Of a stretch of DNA of 64,000 nt, positions 58,637 through 64,000 are shown in pieces; the first letter of the stretch is position 1, and each line of letters starts with the position of its first letter. The DNA comes from Deltaproteobacteria bacterium (GTDB taxonomy: Bacteria > Myxococcota > Myxococcia > Myxococcales > 40CM-4-68-19): the NCBI GenBank assembly GCA_005879805.1, contig VBKL01000053.1, positions 157,716 through 221,715 on the forward strand, read 5' to 3'. Both the position numbers and the translations under genes were made by a program. The notes under the pieces are model-generated. The model ran no database searches. It worked only from the letters and a program-made list of their open reading frames with translations, and was not told the origin of the DNA.

Positions 58637-60553
58637 ATGCTTCCCCGCGAGCAGATCCGCAACATCGCCATCGTCGCCCACGTCGACCACGGCAAGACCA
58701 CCCTGGTCGACTTCATGCTGCGCCAGACCGGCACGTTCCGCGCGAACGAGCAGCTGGTCGAGCGGGCCATGGACTCCAACGATCTCGAACGCGAGAAGGG
58801 CATCACCATCCTCGCCAAGAACACCGCGGTGAACTACCGCGGAGTCAAGATCAACATCGTCGATACCCCGGGCCACGCGGACTTTGGCGGCGAGGTGGAG
58901 CGCGGCTTGCGCCTCGTCGACGGAGTATTGCTCCTCGTGGACGCCGCCGAAGGCCCGCTTCCGCAGACGCGCTTCGTGCTGGGAAAGGCGCTCGGGCTGG
59001 GACTTCCCGCCGTGGTCGTCGTCAACAAGATCGACCGGCAGGATGCGCGGCCCGCCGAGGTGCTCGACGCCATCTATTCGCTCTTCATCGACCTGGGCGC
59101 GAACGAGCACCAGATCGAGTTCCCGGTCGTCTACGCGGTGGCTCGCGCCGGACGCGCGTCGCTGCGCCTCTCCGACTTCGACGATCTGCCCGTCGGGCAA
59201 GCGGCGGCGCCGGGAGCGAAGCCGCATCCGGGCGAGACTCCGGGAGCGCGGGCGCGCACCCTGGAGCCGCTGCTCGACGCGATCCTGGAGACGATACCGC
59301 CTCCCAAGAAAGCGGAGACGTCGCACGACAAGCTGCAGATGCTGATCGCGAACCTCGATTACGACGATTACGTCGGACGACTCGGCATCGGCCGGCTCAC
59401 CAGCGGCTCGGTGGAAGCTGGGATGACCGTCGCCGTCACCCGGGAAGACGGCTCGCTCCCCCGCGGCAAGGTGACGAAGATCTACGCTTTCGAAGGACTG
59501 AAGCGCGTCGAGATCGCCGAGGCCGGACCGGGAGAGATCATCTCCCTCGCGGGTCTCGAGGAGATCTCCATCGGCGACACCATCGCCGACCCCGAGCACC
59601 CCTACCCCCTCCCGCGGATCCACGTCGACGAGCCGACCATGTCGATGATCTTCCGCGTCAACGACGGGCCCTTCGCGGGACGTGAAGGGAAGTACGTCAC
59701 CTCACGGAACCTGCGCGAGAGGCTCATTCGCGAGGCGTACCGCAACGTCTCCATCCGCGTGCTCGACACCGAGACGCCCGACGCCTTCAAGGTAGTGGGC
59801 CGCGGGGAGCTGCAGCTCGCCGTCATCATCGAGAACATGCGCCGGGAAGGTTACGAGCTCACCGCGTCGAACCCCGAGCCCATCACCAAGGAAGTGGACG
59901 GCGTCGTCCACGAGCCGATGGAGCTGATGGTCTGCGACGTCCCGCAGGTCTCCGTCGGCGCGGTCACCGAGCGGATGGGCCCGCGCAAGGGCCGCATGGT
60001 GGAGATGCAACAGATCGGCAGCGACCGCGTGCGCTTGAACTTCCGCGTGCCGGCGCGCGGTCTGGTCGGCTTCCGCAACGAGTTCCTCACCGTCACCCGC
60101 GGCGAGGGCATCATGTCCTCGCAGTTCGACGGGTACGAGCCGTGGCAGGGAAAGATACCCAAGCGCAGCAATGGCGCCATCGTCTCCGATCGCGAGGGCG
60201 AGACGGTGGCCTACTCGCTCTTCGACATCCAGGAGCGCGGGGCCCTCTTCTACGGCGCCGGCGAGCCGGTCTACGAGGGAATGATCTGCGGCGAGCACTC
60301 GCACCCGAACGATCTCGACGTCAACGTCACGCGCGGCCGCAAGCTCACCAACGTCCGCGCCGCCACCCGCGACGAGAACGTAATCCTCTCCCCGCCTCGC
60401 GTGATGTCGCTGGAGAAGGCGCTGGAGTGGATCAACGAGGACGAACTGGTCGAGGTGACGCCGAAGAGCGTCCGGCTGCGGAAGCGGGTGCTGCCGGCGG
60501 GGGACCGGTATCGGCTGGAGCGGGAGCGGAAGCGCGCGGACGGGTTGATCTAG
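58637..60553 (+). CDS. typA: Translational GTPase TypA/BipA
   Basis: [38 protein letters not shown] and the C-terminal TypA-specific domain. It has an extra ~30-aa Pro/Ala-rich insert after the G domain. Confidence 0.95.
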   Translation: MLPREQIRNIAIVAHVDHGKTTLVDFMLRQTGTFRANEQLVERAMDSNDLEREKGITILAKNTAVNYRGVKINIVDTPGHADFGGEVERGLRLVDGVLLLVDAAEGPLPQTRFVLGKALGLGLPAVVVVNKIDRQDARPAEVLDAIYSLFIDLGANEHQIEFPVVYAVARAGRASLRLSDFDDLPVGQAAAPGAKPHPGETPGARARTLEPLLDAILETIPPPKKAETSHDKLQMLIANLDYDDYVGRLGIGRLTSGSVEAGMTVAVTREDGSLPRGKVTKIYAFEGLKRVEIAEAGPGEIISLAGLEEISIGDTIADPEHPYPLPRIHVDEPTMSMIFRVNDGPFAGREGKYVTSRNLRERLIREAYRNVSIRVLDTETPDAFKVVGRGELQLAVIIENMRREGYELTASNPEPITKEVDGVVHEPMELMVCDVPQVSVGAVTERMGPRKGRMVEMQQIGSDRVRLNFRVPARGLVGFRNEFLTVTRGEGIMSSQFDGYEPWQGKIPKRSNGAIVSDREGETVAYSLFDIQERGALFYGAGEPVYEGMICGEHSHPNDLDVNVTRGRKLTNVRAATRDENVILSPPRVMSLEKALEWINEDELVEVTPKSVRLRKRVLPAGDRYRLERERKRADGLI

Positions 60554-60807
60554 AGCTCGATATCGCCTCCGGGGTCGGTTTCCCCGAGCCTGCGTAGCGT
60601 CTCCCGCGCGTGCTCGAGCCGGCGGCGGCCTTCGGCTTCGTCGATCTGCGCTTTCGACCAGTCCGGGTCTCCGTCGTCGGCGCGGAGCACCGTCCCCTCG
60701 CGGCTACCCTTGGGCAATTCGTTTCGTGGCACGTCGAAGGTACGGCCGTCGTCCGCGACAATGACCGCGATCGTGCCCTCCATTCGATCGACCACGTAGT
60801 AGCCCAT
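60550..60807 (-). CDS. DUF3006 domain protein
   Basis: [38 protein letters not shown] matches the DUF3006 pattern. GGAGG Shine-Dalgarno before ATG 60807. Confidence 0.78.
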   Translation of the reverse strand: MGYYVVDRMEGTIAVIVADDGRTFDVPRNELPKGSREGTVLRADDGDPDWSKAQIDEAEGRRRLEHARETLRRLGETDPGGDIEL

Positions 60808-60822
60808 CGTGACCTCCGCGCC

Positions 60823-61806
60823 TCACGGCGATGCATCGCAGGCGCATCCCGGTGGCCGGTGACAGGTGTAGCTCCGGCTGATGCAGCTGTTCCCACACGC
60901 TTTGCCGGCCGAGCAGACCTTGCAACATCCAGCCAAGGGATGCGACGGCGCCCCAGCGATATCGGGGCGAAGGATCTGCGGTCCGATTGCCGTCGCGCCG
61001 GCAAACTGCTCTGCGCCTTCGCGAAAGCTTCCATCCCTTCGCGCCAGGATGAGAATCGTGCCCTCGAGGTCTGTGCGATGGATCCGAGCCCCCGCGCGGG
61101 TCCAAAGGTCGAGGACCTCCGGCGACGGATGTCCGTAGGCATTCGTTGCACCTACCGAAATCACCGCGACTTCGGGCCGGGTCGCGGCTACGAGCTCCGG
61201 TATCGTGCCGTTCCGGCTCCCGTGATGCGCAACCTTGGCCACCTGCATTCGGGGGAGGGGCTCTCGAGACAACCAGTAGCGGATCTCGCGCACTTCCGCG
61301 TCGCCCATCAGGAAAGCGCGAAACTCGCCGTATTGAACGACGAGGCCGACCGAGGCGTTGTTCTGATCTCGGCTCGTTGGAGGGGAAAGCACGCGGATTT
61401 GCGCGGTACCAAGGGCGATGGACCGGCCGGTAGGTCGCAGATACTGCGCTCCGCTGCGCTGCACGGCGGCGATGGTTCGCTGATAAATGCCGGTAGTGTA
61501 CGGAAGCGCGTTGTCGAGGTAGTAACGAACCGAGGCGCCGCTCAGTACGGCTGGCATTCCACCGATGTGATCGGCGTGATTGTGCGTCGCCACGAGCAGG
61601 TCGATCGTGTCGACCTTGAGCGCCGCCAGATATGGCATGATCCGCGCCGCAGAAGGTCCCGCATCCACGAGCGCGGTCTTGCCGCCCTCGCGAATCAGGA
61701 TCGCGTCGCCCTGCCCGACGTCGAGGAATCGCAGCTCGAGCTCTTGGGCGCGTAACGGCAGCGCCACGAGCAGCAAGAAAAGAACGATGCGAAACAGCTG
61801 GAGCAT
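60823..61806 (-). CDS. Secreted MBL-fold metallo-hydrolase (ComEC C-terminal-like) with Cys-rich tail
   Basis: Signal peptide, FLDVGQGDAILI, THNHADHIGG, AHHGS and YGHP. The tail is GCCKVCSAGKACGNSCISRSYTCHRPPGCACDA. ATG 61806 (the ORF is open to 61881). Confidence 0.85.
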   Translation of the reverse strand: MLQLFRIVLFLLLVALPLRAQELELRFLDVGQGDAILIREGGKTALVDAGPSAARIMPYLAALKVDTIDLLVATHNHADHIGGMPAVLSGASVRYYLDNALPYTTGIYQRTIAAVQRSGAQYLRPTGRSIALGTAQIRVLSPPTSRDQNNASVGLVVQYGEFRAFLMGDAEVREIRYWLSREPLPRMQVAKVAHHGSRNGTIPELVAATRPEVAVISVGATNAYGHPSPEVLDLWTRAGARIHRTDLEGTILILARRDGSFREGAEQFAGATAIGPQILRPDIAGAPSHPLAGCCKVCSAGKACGNSCISRSYTCHRPPGCACDASP

Positions 61807-61939
61807 CGGCGCCGCCGCTGCAATTTCTCTGCAGCATAGAGCGGTCGCGCTCCGACGGCCAGCCAACGTGCGCTGAATCAAGTGCGCGACCTTGGTCGCA
61901 CGCGACGCGTCCCGGGACGAGTTGCCGAGCCGCGATGCT

Positions 61940-63523
61940 CTACCGGGCTGACTCCGCCACCAGGAACGGCTCGGCGAACGCCGCGGACGGTGGCGCGATA
62001 CCGAGCAGGAGCGACAAGGTCGGCGCGACCTGGATCGGGTCGAGGATCCCTCCCTGAAGCGCCGGCCGCAGCCGGAAGCCCGGTGTCGCGAAGAGCACAG
62101 GCACGAGCGCGTCTTCGTTCCACGGGCTGCCGTGGCTCGCGATGTCCGGGCCTGTGACGGTGACGAGAGGAACCTGAACGAACATCACGTCACCGCTGCG
62201 GGAGGGATGGAAGGAATGGCGCAGTACGAGGTCCTGCGACGGCATGTCCGCGGCCGCCACCGCGCGCCAGATCCCCGGAACCATGGCGATCGCCGAGGCC
62301 GCGGTCTGCGCGGCGCGCACCGGATCGACGTCGGGGAAGCGCCGCAGCACGAGGACACCGTCGTCGATGAGGTCGACCCACTTATCGTGGCGGCCGAACT
62401 GCTTGTCGAGCGCGTCGACTGCTGCCGATTCAAGTGTGGAGAACTGCAGCTCGACCCCGAAAAGCCTTGCCGCGGTCACGGTCTGTGCCGACGGCGTCGC
62501 GCCATGATCGGCGCTGAGGACGAAGGAGACCCGCCCCTTCAATCGCGCCCGCAGTCGCGAGACGAACTCCGAAAGACCGTCGTGCATGCGGAGCAGCATG
62601 TCGAGCCGCTCCCGTGATGCTGTCCCGTAGGCGTGGCCGATGTAGTCGAGGCCGGAGATCGAAATCATCAGCAGGTCGGTTTCGCCCCGATCGCCGAGGC
62701 GCATCCCGGATACGCCTGCCTCGGCAGCGCGCAGCACGATGGTGGTCGAGGGCGGCGAGGCGCGCAGCGCGGTGAAGAGCGACTTCCCCGGCTCGAGGCC
62801 GACGCGATGGGGGAATTGACCTCCGAATCCATACGAATCGGCAAAGGCGCTCTCGCGCTCGGCAAGCCGCGCGTAGATCGCTTCCGGCCGCGACAGGGTC
62901 CAGACGTAGTCCTTCCATTCGGAGACCGGATGTTTGCGCTGAAGCTCGGCGAGCCACCCGGGCGGACCGCTCGCGTAGCATCGCGAGGACGTCAACTCCC
63001 CCGTGTCGTAATCCCAGAACAACGCGAGGTCCGCGCCGGGGCCGGCGAGAAAAAGCGCGCCGCGATCCTTGAAGGCGACGGCCAGGCTTCGCGCGCGCCC
63101 GAGCGTCGCCAGCTTGAGCTCGTCCGCCACGGTCGGCACGAGCAGCTTTCCGGGACCTTGGTGCCTCGTTCCCCGCCAATTTTCGCAATTCGGATCTTCG
63201 ATGGCTTCGATCGGCTTCCCGTCCGCGACCAGCGAATTGCCCACCACGCCGTGAACGTCGGGATAGGTACCCGTCGAGAGCGTCGCGTGATCGGGAGCGG
63301 TGTGCGTGAGCGCGGTCCGATAGCGGGCCTGCACGGGTTGGCCCAGACCTCCAAACCCACCCGGCCCGAACTGCTCGCGCGCCCAGAGGAGGTCCTGGTA
63401 GCGAAGCTGATCGACCACCACCAGGACCACCAGCTTGCCGCCCTGTGCGCGCGCAGCGCTCCCGAGCGGGGCCACCGCGAGCAGGACGCCGAGGTAGACG
63501 CGCCGGACAGCGATCTGCATCAT
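61940..63523 (-). CDS. Alkaline-phosphatase-superfamily protein (nucleotide pyrophosphatase/phosphodiesterase-like)
   Basis: Signal peptide, VVVDQLRYD-like VVVDQLRYQ, T.PDHATLSTG.YP..HG, DYIGHAYG, SADHG and GSPW. Confidence 0.85.
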   Translation of the reverse strand: MMQIAVRRVYLGVLLAVAPLGSAARAQGGKLVVLVVVDQLRYQDLLWAREQFGPGGFGGLGQPVQARYRTALTHTAPDHATLSTGTYPDVHGVVGNSLVADGKPIEAIEDPNCENWRGTRHQGPGKLLVPTVADELKLATLGRARSLAVAFKDRGALFLAGPGADLALFWDYDTGELTSSRCYASGPPGWLAELQRKHPVSEWKDYVWTLSRPEAIYARLAERESAFADSYGFGGQFPHRVGLEPGKSLFTALRASPPSTTIVLRAAEAGVSGMRLGDRGETDLLMISISGLDYIGHAYGTASRERLDMLLRMHDGLSEFVSRLRARLKGRVSFVLSADHGATPSAQTVTAARLFGVELQFSTLESAAVDALDKQFGRHDKWVDLIDDGVLVLRRFPDVDPVRAAQTAASAIAMVPGIWRAVAAADMPSQDLVLRHSFHPSRSGDVMFVQVPLVTVTGPDIASHGSPWNEDALVPVLFATPGFRLRPALQGGILDPIQVAPTLSLLLGIAPPSAAFAEPFLVAESAR

Positions 63524-63548
63524 GCGCCCTTCTTACCCGGAGGCTCCC

Positions 63549-64000
63549 GTGTTCGCACGCGACTTGCTGAAGGACCGCGTCATCGTCGTGACGGGCGGCG
63601 GCACGGGGCTCGGGGCCGAGATGGTGCGCAGGTTCTCCGAGCTGGGCGCGAAGATCGCGGTGCTCGGACGCCGCAAGGAGAAGCTCGACGCGATCCTCTC
63701 GCAAATCGGCGGCGGGCTCGCCCTCCCCTGCGACGTGCGCGACGCCAAGGCGGTACAGGAAGCCGCCGATCGCGTGGCGAGCGAGATGGGGCGGGTGGAC
63801 GGTCTCGTGAACAACGCCGCGGGCAACTTCCTCGCCGCCGCCGAGGACATCTCGCCGAACGGGTTCAAGACCGTGGTGGACATCGTCTTGAATGGCACCT
63901 TCCATTGCACCGCCGCGTTCGGCCGCAAGATGATCGAGAAGAAGCGCGGGTCCATCGTCAACATCGTCGCCACGTACGCCTGGACCGGGTCTGCGTTCGT
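63549..64000 (+). CDS. SDR-family oxidoreductase (2,4-dienoyl-CoA-reductase-like), N-terminal part, runs off the right edge
   Basis: My translation from GTG 63549: VFARDLLKDRVIVVTGGGTGLGAEM...VNNAAGNFLAAAEDISPNGFKTVVDIVLNGTF.... It has TGGGxGxG and NNAAG motifs and no stop before 64000. Confidence 0.8.
   Translation, partial: MFARDLLKDRVIVVTGGGTGLGAEMVRRFSELGAKIAVLGRRKEKLDAILSQIGGGLALPCDVRDAKAVQEAADRVASEMGRVDGLVNNAAGNFLAAAEDISPNGFKTVVDIVLNGTFHCTAAFGRKMIEKKRGSIVNIVATYAWTGSAF

Noticed and set aside
57389-59623. Upstream part of the 960-aa minus-strand ORF 56741..59623
   Set aside because: It runs out of frame through pcm and the VOC gene and antisense to typA. Only the C-terminal 215 codons (the zinc-ribbon protein) look real.
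63533-63973. 146-aa minus-strand ORF at the right edge
   Set aside because: It lies antisense to a clear SDR-family frame (TGGGTGLG, NNAAG) that is missing from the ORF track only because it has no stop inside the window.

Overview
High-GC (about 70% or more) bacterial chromosomal window, probably Myxococcota. That assignment is an inference from a MYXO-CTERM-like GCGC tail on a metalloprotease, a PEGA-domain Ser/Thr kinase and a PocR/sigma-54 activator. All homology calls are my own motif recognition on the supplied translations; nothing was searched. I support about 60 protein genes, one tRNA-Glu(CUC), and no rRNA, CRISPR array, transposase or integrase. The first 27 kb is an almost unbroken minus-strand run: a DmpA-like peptidase, a tandem ATP-grasp ligase, hemB and nadD. 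A polysaccharide cluster follows (priming transferase, GT4/GT2 transferases, a DPPRS-like UbiA prenyl-phosphate phosphoribosyltransferase, Wzm/Wzt, rmlD/B/A), then lptF/G, purD, purH, a lipase, a MerR-like plus sigma-region-4-like pair and a kinase. The rest is mixed housekeeping: dnaK, class-III aminotransferase, ggt, gltX, lysC, hutH, tmk, pcm and typA. It also holds accessory-looking genes: a PQQ alcohol dehydrogenase with a lanthanide-type D-x-D motif plus a dihaem cytochrome c, a matrixin-like protease, a 1543-aa TPR protein, and DUF3006 plus an MBL hydrolase. Three observations deserve most attention. (1) An 827-bp intergenic patch at 25.3-26.1 kb is built from copies of a strongly self-complementary ~137-170 nt element; two copies form a near-perfect inverted pair. 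(2) Seven otherwise well-conserved genes each lack an internal block of roughly 55-80 codons, four of them with a frame change. These include lysC, lptF/G and the Wzt ATPase, and collapsed assembly gaps explain this better than biology does. (3) A DPPRS-containing, rmlC-less, ABC-exported glycan cluster is joined by 1-4 nt start/stop overlaps. I do not see a clearly novel multi-gene system. The long ORFs antisense to real genes are GC-rich shadow frames.
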